The translations under genes were made by a program, and so were the position numbers. Shown piece by piece: positions 1 through 8,972 of a DNA stretch of 64,000 nt (positions are counted from its first letter, which is position 1; the number at the start of each line of letters is the position of its first letter). The stretch lies in the NCBI GenBank assembly GCA_938092135.1, contig CALLJL010000008.1:64019-128018 (forward strand), written 5' to 3'. The notes under the pieces were generated by a model that was not told where the DNA came from, did no database searches, and was given only the letters and a program-made list of their open reading frames with translations. Origin of the DNA: an uncultured bacterium (lineage in GTDB: Bacteria; Acidobacteriota; Aminicenantia; Aminicenantales; CALLJL01).

Positions 1-480
1 TACCAAAAGTTAGGCATTACGTCCGAAAGACTCGTCTTTGGTGACCACGCTGACATGTATACCACTTTTAGACCATTGACTAAGGAAGAAAGGCAAAGGA
101 TTAAAGAACAAATTCGTTGGACCTATGAGCAATTTTTAATCCGAGCGGCTGAAGGCCGAGGCAAAAGCAAAGAGGAAATCGATAAAATCGGCAAAGGTCG
201 GGTCTGGACGGGAGAGCAGGCCAAGGAAATCGGCCTGGTAGATGACCTTGGTGGCCTGAGCCGAGCTCTCGATTGGGCGCGTCAGCTCGCTGGGATTCCA
301 GCTGATGAAGAAATAAAGCTCGAAATCTGGCCGAAAAAAATTTCACTTCTCACCTATTTTTTCAAGAGATCAGAAGAAAAAATTTCTTATTTCTTCAATA
401 ATTCTTTTCCTTCTAGATTTCTGGCTGGGGCAGGAGAAAATATTCTAGCTATAATGCCTATCTGGCTATTACCACATTAA
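1..480 (+). CDS. sppA: Signal peptide peptidase SppA (protease IV), C-terminal part; 5' end lies outside the window
   Basis: Frame 1 is open from base 1 (YQKLGITSERLVFGDHADMY...). S49 peptidase C-terminal motifs: YEQFL..AEGR, GRVWTGEQAKEIGLVDDLGGL. Confidence 0.9.
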   Translation, partial: YQKLGITSERLVFGDHADMYTTFRPLTKEERQRIKEQIRWTYEQFLIRAAEGRGKSKEEIDKIGKGRVWTGEQAKEIGLVDDLGGLSRALDWARQLAGIPADEEIKLEIWPKKISLLTYFFKRSEEKISYFFNNSFPSRFLAGAGENILAIMPIWLLPH

Positions 481-539
481 TTAAAGTTAAAAAATTTTTT
501 GTGGCTAAAGGCCGACAAATAACTAGGAGATAAAGGAAT

Positions 540-842
540 TTATTCTTTTTCTTTATCTTTCGATTTAGGAAGAATTAAAATTTTTTCTTCCGGTTTTGTC
601 AGCCAGAGTCTTTTTCGCGCTTCTTCCTCAACCATGGCCGGGTTGTTACGGAGCTGTTCAACCTCTTTTTCCAGCTTTTCCTTCTCTTGCTTCAATTTTT
701 CCATCTTGACCAGAAGTTCTTTCTGAAGATGCCTAGCTTCCCGTATCTGGAGCAAACCCTTTTTGCCAAATAAGGTGCTTAAGATCAAAACAACCAGAAG
801 AATAACTACTCCACCTAAAAGGATTTTTCTTTTTGCTATCAT
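540..842 (-). CDS. ftsB: Septum formation initiator FtsB/DivIC family protein
   Basis: Single TM helix, FGKKG, coiled coil, then EEEARKRLWLTKPEE (FtsB EE.AR..L...KP.E). Start placed at ATG 842 rather than the upstream TTG. Confidence 0.85.
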   Translation of the reverse strand: MIAKRKILLGGVVILLVVLILSTLFGKKGLLQIREARHLQKELLVKMEKLKQEKEKLEKEVEQLRNNPAMVEEEARKRLWLTKPEEKILILPKSKDKEKE

Positions 843-855
843 CACTTTCAATCTT

Positions 856-2256
856 TCATTGGAAATAATCCAAAGCAAACTTTAAAAGCCTTTCGAGTTC
901 CCGAATCGAGTCAGCTTCGGCATAAAAGCGGATGAGCGGCTCTGTGCCTGAAGGTCGAATTAAAATCCAATCATCATTATCAAAATCCCATTTAATTCCA
1001 TCGACTGTTTCAATATGATAGGCTTGGCGTCCAGCAAATTTCTCAGGTCGGCTGGCAATTAAATCATTTAACTTTTTCTTTCTTTCAGGAGTTAACGAAA
1101 GATTTCGATGAGCATTTACTTTACGGCCATAGGTCCGGAAAAAATCATTTTTTAATTGGGAGAGACTCTTGCCTGAAACAGCTACCATTTCAGCGACAAG
1201 AAGACCGGCATAAATACCATCCTTTTCAGGGAGATGCCCCTGAAAGGCAATGGAAGCACTTTCTTCACCGCCAAAAATTATCTTTTTTTCAAGGAGGAGC
1301 TTAGCTAGATATTTAAAACCAACGGGAGTCCTATAAAGGGGCAAATCATATTGTCTGGCAACTCTATCGATGAGGTGAGTTGTAGCTACCGATCTGGCCA
1401 CACCGCCACGCCAGCCTTTGAATCTAATTAGATAGTCGAGCAATAAACTTAAAATAATATTGGCATCAACAAAATTGCCCCTTTCATCGATTATGCCGAA
1501 GCGATCGCCATCAGCATCAGTTGCTATTCCTAAATGACACTTTTTTTCTTTAACCAGACGTTTTAATTCTTTTAAATTTTCTTCTTTACAGGAGGGCACA
1601 ACGCCCCCGAAGTAGGGATCAACATAACCATGAATTTCCTCAGTAATAACCCCGTTCTCTTCCAGAATCTCATCGATATATTCGCGGCTTGTCCCATAAA
1701 GAAGATCCAGGCCAATCCTAAGGCCGGATTCTCGCATGGCTGCAAAATTGATTTTCGGCTGCAAATATTTGAGATAATCAATTTGCATATCAATTTTTTC
1801 TATGTATCCAGGGCGGGAATAGTATGGACAAAAAGCCTGATTTCGCTGCAAACGAGTTACCTCGGCTTCAATTTCATCAGTAATTTCGGGCATAGCTGGG
1901 GCTCCTGAGGCTTCATTGAATTTTAAGCCATTGTATTCGGGGGGATTAAAGGAGGCCGTAAAATTTATGCCTCCTTTGGCCTTGCGTTTAATAATTTGCA
2001 AAGCCTGAGCCTGAGATGGGGCATCTCTATCAGCTAAAAAAACTCTCATTCGATTATGGGAAAGAATTTTAGCTGCTTCTAAAGCAAATCTTTCGGAAAG
2101 AAAACGGGTATCATAACCAACAATTACAGCTAGCTCATCCTGACCATATCGGCGGCGGAGGCAATTGGCAATCGCCTGAACCACTAGGCGAACATTATAA
2201 AAAGTAAATTCTTCCCCCATTATGGCCCGCCAGCCTGATGTTCCGAATTTTATCAT
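856..2256 (-). CDS. Phosphoglucomutase/phosphomannomutase family protein
   Basis: FGTSGWR, GYDTR, phosphoserine loop TASFNP (variant of TASHNP), metal loop DADGDR, GEES, RPSGTEP. Confidence 0.93.
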   Translation of the reverse strand: MIKFGTSGWRAIMGEEFTFYNVRLVVQAIANCLRRRYGQDELAVIVGYDTRFLSERFALEAAKILSHNRMRVFLADRDAPSQAQALQIIKRKAKGGINFTASFNPPEYNGLKFNEASGAPAMPEITDEIEAEVTRLQRNQAFCPYYSRPGYIEKIDMQIDYLKYLQPKINFAAMRESGLRIGLDLLYGTSREYIDEILEENGVITEEIHGYVDPYFGGVVPSCKEENLKELKRLVKEKKCHLGIATDADGDRFGIIDERGNFVDANIILSLLLDYLIRFKGWRGGVARSVATTHLIDRVARQYDLPLYRTPVGFKYLAKLLLEKKIIFGGEESASIAFQGHLPEKDGIYAGLLVAEMVAVSGKSLSQLKNDFFRTYGRKVNAHRNLSLTPERKKKLNDLIASRPEKFAGRQAYHIETVDGIKWDFDNDDWILIRPSGTEPLIRFYAEADSIRELERLLKFALDYFQ

Positions 2257-2277
2257 TGGCTCAATAAAGCCTCCTAA

Positions 2278-2306
2278 AACTTATCACTCCTGGGGCCAGT
2301 CGTCAA
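2278..2306 (-). promoter_or_regulatory. sigma70-type promoter for the phosphohexomutase-ftsB operon
   Basis: TTGACG-17 bp-TAAGTT with TG extension, followed by GGAGG. Confidence 0.6.
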
Positions 2307-2326
2307 GAAAAGGTTAAACTTTACGA

Positions 2327-2355
2327 TTGACATGTTTTTACTTCTTTTTTAATGT
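2327..2355 (+). promoter_or_regulatory. sigma70-type promoter for the SpeE-like membrane protein
   Basis: TTGACA(2327)-17 bp-TAATGT(2350). The ORF-track TTG start is this -35 box. Confidence 0.6.
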
Positions 2356-2365
2356 CAGGTTAAGA

Positions 2366-4792
2366 ATGGAAACAATTCGCCCCTATATTCTTTTAGGTAC
2401 TTTTTTTCTCACTTCAGCTAACATAGCCCTTCAAATTACAGCTAGTCGATATTTTTCAGTTACCCAGAGCCATCATCTGGCCTTTTTCGTCGTTAGCACC
2501 GCCTTTCTTGGCTTTGGGGTTTCAGGATGTCTTCTCTATTTCACAAGGAGGCAGTCCCAGATTCCTTCAACTTCAGCTTTGTGTTTGGCCAGCTTTCTTT
2601 TTAGTTTGATGATTATTTTTTGTGTTCCAGCTCTTAATGCCTTCCCCTTTGAGATTTTTGAACTCCTCTGGTCAAAGGGCAAAATAATTAACCTTTTTTT
2701 AATAAATATTATATTAGGCTTGCCTTTCTTTTTTTCCGGCTGGACAATGGCCAGCCTGACGACACTTTACGCTCCCTTCATCCGTTATTTATACGCCGCT
2801 GATCTAACAGGTGCCGCTTTTGGAGCATTTCTACCTTCGCTTATCTTTCTACCTCATGGAGATCGATCTTCTTTTTTACTCATAGGTCTTATAGCCATTA
2901 CCGCCTCTCTATTTTTCAGCTTAACTTTGGAAAGAAAGATGATTCTTCCAATTTTAACTATTCTTGTTCTCATCATTATCATGGCGATTCACCCTGCCCA
3001 ATTTTTTGAGTTTCGTCTTTCACCCTATAAGCCTTTGAATCAGGCCCTAATGCCTTCAGGAGCTAAAATTCTTTTAACCCGATGGAATTCTTTGGCCAGG
3101 GCTGATCTGGTCTTCTCCCCTTCTTTAAAATTTGCGCCTGGTCTCAGCTTAATTTATCAGCAGGTTCTCCCTCCTCAATTAGGCCTCTTTATTGATGGTA
3201 GTCAACCGAGCGCTTTAACTTGCCTAAAAGATCTTAAGGAACCGGATCTAGCCTTTCTTAAATATCTACCCTGCTCGCTTCCTTTTTTCCTTCTCTCAAG
3301 GCCTTCTGTTCTGATTATAGAGCCAAGAGGTGGACTGGAAATTCTTCTTTCCCTTTATTTTGAAGCCCGGAAAATCAAGATCATCGAAAATAATCCACTA
3401 ATCCTCTCCATTCTTAAAAAAGATCTGCCTGAAAAGATAGGTCTTCCTCTTCTAGACTCCGGAATTGAAGCGGTAGCAGCTTTTCCCCGGTCTGAAATAA
3501 AAAAGGAAAAAAATTTATATGACCTGATTATTTTTTCTTTGCCTGACGTTATGGCTGCCATAAGCTCAGGATTAGCTCCATTACAGGAAGATCATCTGCG
3601 AACCAGGGAGTCTTTAACCTGGCTTCTCCATCGTCTCTCTCCGGGAGGAATCCTCATGGCCACCCTTGCTCTTTTACCTCCGGCTCGTCAAGAGTTGCGT
3701 TTTCTTGCTACAATTATCGAATCTCTCGAAAAGGTAAACCTCAATCCCCAGGAATCGCTAGTTGTAGTTTTAAGCTGGGGAACAATGAGCATTCTCGCCA
3801 AAAAGGGCTCTTTTTCTTCCGATGAATTAAATTTCATCCTGACCTGGTGTGAGGAAAGGCTTTTCCATCTGGCCTATTTTCCTGGGAAAACAACCCAGAT
3901 TGATTTAGAAAGCGAGAAAAAATATGGTTTTCCTCTTGAGCTTATAGACAGGCTTCTGGATCCATCAAAAAGAAAACAGCTTTATAAACAATATCTCTTT
4001 AATATTAAGCCGGCTAATGATAACCGACCTTTTTTTCAGCAGACCATCAAATTAAGCCGGCTTAAATCAACTTTTCTGGCCTTTGGGAAAAAATGGTTGC
4101 CCCTAATCGAAGCTGGGGGTCTTTACCCCATCCTTCTGCTTCAGGCTCTCATAATTTCTTTCCTTTTTCTATTTTCCCCTTTTTTAATTTTCAGACAGCG
4201 ATTAATCAAGACCACAAGAAAAGATTGGGTTAATCTTCTCTATTTTGCTTTTATAGGATCTGGTTTTATGACGGTTGAAATCCTGTTTATCCAGAAAGGC
4301 ATTCTTTTTCTTGGTCATCCCACCCAGTCTTTTTCGGTCACCCTCTTTTCCCTTCTCTTTTCTAGCGGGCTAGGCAGCTTGATTTCATCCAAATGGAGAC
4401 AAAAAAGATTACTCTCCACCGGCCAATTCCTCCTGGCTTGCGGATTCTTAATTATTCTTGATTTCTTCTTCTTAAATAAATTTATTGATCTTTTCTTTTC
4501 CCAGCCTTTTTCTTTCCGCCTATGCCTTTTTTTTATTTTTATTTTTCCTACCGGCTTCTTTTTAGGTTTTGCTTTTCCAGCCGGGATAAGCCGCCTCCAT
4601 CAGAGACGCCCCCATCTAATTCCTCTTGCCTGGTCAATTAACGCCTTTTCTTCAGTTATTACCTCAATTTTAGCCATAATTTTAGCTTTGTTGTTTGGCT
4701 ACTCTTTTTTATTCATTTTTTCTTCTATCTGCTATGGCTTAGCGTTTTCTTTTTTCCGCCTCGCCAATCATGGGAACAAAGCGTACCCCTGA
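2366..4792 (+). CDS. Polytopic membrane protein with central spermidine-synthase-like/class I SAM-binding domain
   Basis: About 7 N-terminal and 6-7 C-terminal hydrophobic helices. Motifs LYAADLTGAAFG, RWNSLARAD, VLIIEPRGG, IENNP, YDLII, PANDNRPFF, AWSINAFSSV. Start moved to ATG 2366. Confidence 0.75.
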   Translation: METIRPYILLGTFFLTSANIALQITASRYFSVTQSHHLAFFVVSTAFLGFGVSGCLLYFTRRQSQIPSTSALCLASFLFSLMIIFCVPALNAFPFEIFELLWSKGKIINLFLINIILGLPFFFSGWTMASLTTLYAPFIRYLYAADLTGAAFGAFLPSLIFLPHGDRSSFLLIGLIAITASLFFSLTLERKMILPILTILVLIIIMAIHPAQFFEFRLSPYKPLNQALMPSGAKILLTRWNSLARADLVFSPSLKFAPGLSLIYQQVLPPQLGLFIDGSQPSALTCLKDLKEPDLAFLKYLPCSLPFFLLSRPSVLIIEPRGGLEILLSLYFEARKIKIIENNPLILSILKKDLPEKIGLPLLDSGIEAVAAFPRSEIKKEKNLYDLIIFSLPDVMAAISSGLAPLQEDHLRTRESLTWLLHRLSPGGILMATLALLPPARQELRFLATIIESLEKVNLNPQESLVVVLSWGTMSILAKKGSFSSDELNFILTWCEERLFHLAYFPGKTTQIDLESEKKYGFPLELIDRLLDPSKRKQLYKQYLFNIKPANDNRPFFQQTIKLSRLKSTFLAFGKKWLPLIEAGGLYPILLLQALIISFLFLFSPFLIFRQRLIKTTRKDWVNLLYFAFIGSGFMTVEILFIQKGILFLGHPTQSFSVTLFSLLFSSGLGSLISSKWRQKRLLSTGQFLLACGFLIILDFFFLNKFIDLFFSQPFSFRLCLFFIFIFPTGFFLGFAFPAGISRLHQRRPHLIPLAWSINAFSSVITSILAIILALLFGYSFLFIFSSICYGLAFSFFRLANHGNKAYP

Positions 4793-5473
4793 AATATATT
4801 CTACTCGAGGCTTTTTGCCTTCCTTGATCACCAAAGTCAGAGTCTGAAAATAAAGGGTGCTACCGAGAGGAATAACCAGTCTCCCCCCTTCTTTCAGCTG
4901 TTCTAAAAGAGGGGGTGGCAGATGATTGGCGGCGCAGGTAACAATGATTGCATCGAAGGGGGCCTTTTCTGGCCAGCCGAAGTAACCATCAGCCCATTTA
5001 ACATGGACATTTTGATAGCCAAGTTTGGCCAAAAGAGCAGCCGCCTTTTTGGCCAAATTTTCCCTTATTTCAATTGTATAAACCTCCTGGCACAGATGGG
5101 CCAGAACAGCTGCTTGGTAGCCCGAGCCAGTGCCAATCTCCAGAACCTTTTCATTTCCCTTTAAGTTCAAACACTGGGTCATCAAAGCCACGATGTAAGG
5201 TTGAGAAATCGTCTGCCCTTCTTCAATCGGCAAAGGAGTATCCTCGTAAGCCATGTTCATGTATTGGGGAAGTACAAATAGATGACGGGGGACGCTAAGC
5301 ATAACCTCCAAAACCCTACGATCGGTAATGTCTCGGCTAGCCAGTTGCTCCTCTACCATTTGCCGTCTTAACTTGGCCCATTTTTCCTCTTGAGCCCCCG
5401 GTAAAATAGAGGAAATTGCAGCCAATAATATTAAACAATATGCTTCAGCGCTTATTTTATGGATAAAATTCAT
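4739..5473 (-). CDS. pcm: Protein-L-isoaspartate O-methyltransferase with N-terminal signal-peptide-like extension
   Basis: VPRHLFV, AYED.PLPI, QTISQP, VLEIGTGSGYQAA, APFDAIIVT, QLKEGGRLVIP, VRFVPM. Confidence 0.95.
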   Translation of the reverse strand: MNFIHKISAEAYCLILLAAISSILPGAQEEKWAKLRRQMVEEQLASRDITDRRVLEVMLSVPRHLFVLPQYMNMAYEDTPLPIEEGQTISQPYIVALMTQCLNLKGNEKVLEIGTGSGYQAAVLAHLCQEVYTIEIRENLAKKAAALLAKLGYQNVHVKWADGYFGWPEKAPFDAIIVTCAANHLPPPLLEQLKEGGRLVIPLGSTLYFQTLTLVIKEGKKPRVEYISGVRFVPMIGEAEKRKR

Positions 5474-5644
5474 TTTCTTTTCCTATTGTTGCCTGATATT
5501 AAGACTAAAATCAAGGGATGGATGATCAATCACCCATCGTCCAAGGCCTTTTCACCTCAGCTTTCGCCGAAAAGGGTGATTGACTTTTGAATCTAGTGGC
5601 AAGAAAGTATAAAAGGCTAAAAAAGGAGGTTAAAAAGGAAAAGT

Positions 5645-5673
5645 TTGACAAGTCCATTTTTTTCTGATAAGAA
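5645..5673 (+). promoter_or_regulatory. Probable sigma70 promoter for coaD-pilMNOPQ
   Basis: TTGACA-17 bp-TAAGAA with TG extension; the -10 is imperfect. Confidence 0.45.
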
Positions 5674-5700
5674 GTTAAACAATTTGAAAAAGGATTCAGG

Positions 5701-6189
5701 TTGGTGAGGGAAAGGCGAGCTATTTACCCTGGTTCCTTTGATCCTATTACCAATGGGCATGTGGATATTATTGAGAGGGGATTAAAAATTTTTGATCAAA
5801 TCATCATCGCTGTTCTGGAAAATCCAAAAAAGGAATCGCTCTTTACGACTGAAGAAAGAGTGACCATGATTAAGGAAATTTTTGCTTCTGAACCTAGGGT
5901 AAAGGTCAAATCCTTTAACGGGTTGCTGGTTGATTTTGCCAAAAAAAATAAAGCTAGAGTTATTATAAGGGGTTTGAGAGCAGTTTCTGATTTTGAGTAT
6001 GAGTTCCAAATGGCCCTGATGAATCGCAAGCTTTATCCGGAATTAGAAACCCTTTTCATGATGCCAAACTTGAACTACATTTTTTTGAGCTCTCGATTAG
6101 TTAAGGAAATTTATATGTTTGGCGGTTGCCTAAAAAATTTGGTCCCCGAAATAGTGGAAAATTATCTTCGAAAAAAATTTCAAATATAA
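5701..6189 (+). CDS. coaD: Phosphopantetheine adenylyltransferase
   Basis: [33 protein letters not shown]. Confidence 0.97.
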   Translation: MVRERRAIYPGSFDPITNGHVDIIERGLKIFDQIIIAVLENPKKESLFTTEERVTMIKEIFASEPRVKVKSFNGLLVDFAKKNKARVIIRGLRAVSDFEYEFQMALMNRKLYPELETLFMMPNLNYIFLSSRLVKEIYMFGGCLKNLVPEIVENYLRKKFQI

Positions 6190-6223
6190 AAAATTAATAA
6201 GAAATTAAGAGGAAGGTAGAGAA

Positions 6224-7300
6224 ATGTTAGGCTTTCAAAAAAGCAAAAATGTCGTCGGCCTGGATATCGGCTCTCACGCTATAAAAGCTGTCGAATTAAC
6301 TTCCAAAAAGAAGGGAGGCACAGAAATTTATGAACTGGCCAAAATTGGCTACGAAGTTTTGCCCCATGATAGCATAGTCGAGGGAACTATTATTGATTCT
6401 ACGGCCGTCGTTGAAACTATTCACTTAATCTTTGAAGAAAACAAAATTAAAAACCGAAATGTGGCTATTTCAATTTCGGGCAATTCCGTGATCATCAAAA
6501 AGATCTCCCTGCCTCAGATGGAAAAAGAAGAACTGGCTGAATCAATCATCTGGGAAGCCAAGCATAATATTCCCTATCCCTATGAAGAAACCAATGTGGA
6601 TTACGCCATTCTTCGTCCCCCACGAGGAGTAGAAACCAAAAGCTTGGACATTCTATTAGTGGCGGCTAAAAAGGATAAAATTGCCAACTACAGCAATGTT
6701 GTCCATCAGGCTAAAAAAAATCTGGTGGCTATCGAAGTGGACGTCTTTGCCCTACAAAATGCTTTAGAGGTAAATTATCCAGAAACTTTTGAAAATAAAA
6801 CAATAGCTATGGTCAACATTGGGGCTAACATCACCAACATCCTGATTCTCGAAAAAGGCCTACCTCAACTTTTTCGCGATCTTTCCCTCGGTGGAACCTT
6901 TTTTACTGAAAATCTGAGGAAGGAGTTAAATATAGGCCTTGATGAAGCCGAAAGACTTCTAAAGGGCATTCCAGTTAAAAATATTGATCAGGCCCACGTA
7001 GAAGAAATTCTTAGTCAAAACATTAGAGATCTTGTTGATGAGATTGACAAAACTTTTACTTTTTATGAAGCCGGCGATAAAAAAGAAAGGAAAATTGAGC
7101 AGATTTTTATTAGCGGTGGTCTGGCCAACTTAAAAGCTTTGCCTATAGCCTTTGAAGAAAGATTTGCTGCGCCAACGGAAATTTTTAATCCTTTCCGAAA
7201 TATTCATTACCGAGAGAAAGATTTTGATTCTGTTCTTATAAAAGAAACACCCTCAATTTTCGGAGTGGCGGTTGGTTTAGCCCTCCGGAGAATGGATTAA
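6224..7300 (+). CDS. pilM: Type IV pilus assembly protein PilM
   Basis: VGLDIGSHAIK actin-like ATPase N-terminus, IGANIT, SGG.A, VAVGLALR; first of an MNOPQ run. Confidence 0.95.
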   Translation: MLGFQKSKNVVGLDIGSHAIKAVELTSKKKGGTEIYELAKIGYEVLPHDSIVEGTIIDSTAVVETIHLIFEENKIKNRNVAISISGNSVIIKKISLPQMEKEELAESIIWEAKHNIPYPYEETNVDYAILRPPRGVETKSLDILLVAAKKDKIANYSNVVHQAKKNLVAIEVDVFALQNALEVNYPETFENKTIAMVNIGANITNILILEKGLPQLFRDLSLGGTFFTENLRKELNIGLDEAERLLKGIPVKNIDQAHVEEILSQNIRDLVDEIDKTFTFYEAGDKKERKIEQIFISGGLANLKALPIAFEERFAAPTEIFNPFRNIHYREKDFDSVLIKETPSIFGVAVGLALRRMD

Positions 7301-7305
7301 CAACC

Positions 7306-7941
7306 ATGATTCGAATCAATCTTTTAAAACCGGAAACAAAGGAAATAAGAGAAACAGTTCCGGCCGCTCCAGTCGCTGAAGTCAAAGAAAGAAAGGCTCC
7401 GCCTCTTGCCAACATCATTTTTATTCTGGCTATCGTCTTGTTCGCAGCCCTTTTCTTTCTTCAAAAAAGAGCCTTAGACCAAGAAAGACAACGACTGGCA
7501 GCGGCTCAGGAAGAAAAAAGACAGTTGGCCTATGTCAGCGAAAAGCTTGTGGAGTTACAAAAGCAAAAGGAGATTTTCGAAAAGAAAATCAATCTCATTA
7601 CTTCCCTTAAAGCTCAACAGCCCATTGCCGTTATTTTGCTCAATGAAATCAACCGATGTCTTCCTGACTGGGTTTGGTTGACTGAAGTCAGCTATGAAAA
7701 TCGCCTTCTTCAGATAAAGGGAGGTGCTCTTTCCAATAACTTGATTGCCGACTTTATCCGCAATCTTGAGGACAGTCCCTTTCTGGAAAATGTTGATTTA
7801 AGAAGTTCAGTTCAAAGAACTACCGCTAATCAGATCTTTCTTGAATTCTCCTTAACCCTCCAGTTAGTTCAGCTTCAAACTGAAGTAACAGGTTCAAGTT
7901 TGCCATCCACGGCCAAAGGCCAGGAGGAGAAGAAAAAATGA
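7306..7941 (+). CDS. pilN: Type IV pilus assembly protein PilN
   Basis: MIRINLL, TM helix, coiled coil, LPDWVWL, I.G.A.SN..IADF..NLE.S. Confidence 0.93.
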   Translation: MIRINLLKPETKEIRETVPAAPVAEVKERKAPPLANIIFILAIVLFAALFFLQKRALDQERQRLAAAQEEKRQLAYVSEKLVELQKQKEIFEKKINLITSLKAQQPIAVILLNEINRCLPDWVWLTEVSYENRLLQIKGGALSNNLIADFIRNLEDSPFLENVDLRSSVQRTTANQIFLEFSLTLQLVQLQTEVTGSSLPSTAKGQEEKKK

Positions 7942-8522
7942 GAAGACAACCTTGGCTTAATTATATTATTTTAATAATAATTTTGGGTGGCGCTTTTTAT
8001 TTTCTTTACTTTCGACCTAAATCGGCTGAACTGAAGAACCTACGAGCTCAAAGGGAAAAAATAGAAGCTGAGCTAGTTGATCTCCGGGCAAAGAAACATC
8101 AGTTAGATCAAATCGAGCTCGAAATCGCCACGATGACCCAGACCCTTAAGGAACTTGAAGCTATAATTCCTTTAAAAAAAGAAATCGATGTTATCCTGCG
8201 CAAAATCCAGGAGATTGCTTTTGATTCCAAATTAAACATTTTAAGATTCGCTCCTCAGGGAGAAGTCTTCAAAGAATTCTATTCTGAGTGGCCTATCCCC
8301 ATTGAAATTTCAGGTAACTTTCATAATCTGGGGTTATTTTTTGATCGACTAAGAACCTTCGCCCGATTATTCATTATCGATAAATTTTCTATTAAAGCCT
8401 TATCCAATCAGACCGATGACCTTACTATAACTAGCTCTTTTACCGCCAAAACCTATATGTTTGTTGAGGAGGCTGCCTCTGAAACGGCAGCCAAACCAAA
8501 ACCAAAGGCGGGGAAAAAATGA
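7938..8522 (+). CDS. pilO: Type IV pilus assembly protein PilO
   Basis: TM plus coiled coil, EFYSEWPI.I...G.FH.L..FFD, AKTY; operon position. Confidence 0.93.
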   Translation: MRRQPWLNYIILIIILGGAFYFLYFRPKSAELKNLRAQREKIEAELVDLRAKKHQLDQIELEIATMTQTLKELEAIIPLKKEIDVILRKIQEIAFDSKLNILRFAPQGEVFKEFYSEWPIPIEISGNFHNLGLFFDRLRTFARLFIIDKFSIKALSNQTDDLTITSSFTAKTYMFVEEAASETAAKPKPKAGKK

Positions 8523-8971
8523 TGAAAACCAAATTTATTTTTTTAATCTTTGTCTGTTTATGGATAAGCGCCTTTTTGCCCAGCCAGGAAAAGAAAGAAC
8601 CAGCAATCCCTTCCCTAATTTCCCTTCAGTCCCAGCTTTCCTTATACAATCCAGAGGGAAGAAGGGATCCCTTTAAGAATCTACTGGCTGGGAAGGAAAT
8701 CAAAGGGAAGACAACGCCTTCGGGTGGACCTGAGCTTTTTATTGAAGATCTCAAACTCATCGGCATCGTTAAACATAAAAATCAATATGTGGCTATTTTT
8801 TCTGGGCCTCATGGCTTTCCTCTTTATATGCGAGTTGGAGACAAACTCTCCGATGGATTTATTCTATCGATAAATGAATTCCAAGTTGTTTTCCGCAAGA
8901 CTAATGAGCGAGGCCTCCCTTTGATGCGTCCAAAGGATATAATTAAAGAAATTCATCCAGAGGAGCGTTAA
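8519..8971 (+). CDS. pilP: Type IV pilus assembly protein PilP-like
   Basis: YNPEGRRDPF, LKLIGIV, VGD; lies between pilO and pilQ. Confidence 0.85.
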   Translation: MMKTKFIFLIFVCLWISAFLPSQEKKEPAIPSLISLQSQLSLYNPEGRRDPFKNLLAGKEIKGKTTPSGGPELFIEDLKLIGIVKHKNQYVAIFSGPHGFPLYMRVGDKLSDGFILSINEFQVVFRKTNERGLPLMRPKDIIKEIHPEER

Positions 8972-8972
8972 A

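Noticed and set aside
5515..5583. Assignment to a known riboswitch or ribozyme (SAM-I/II, SAH, c-di-GMP, hammerhead)
   Set aside because: The conserved cores of these classes are not visible by eye; kept as an unassigned structure.
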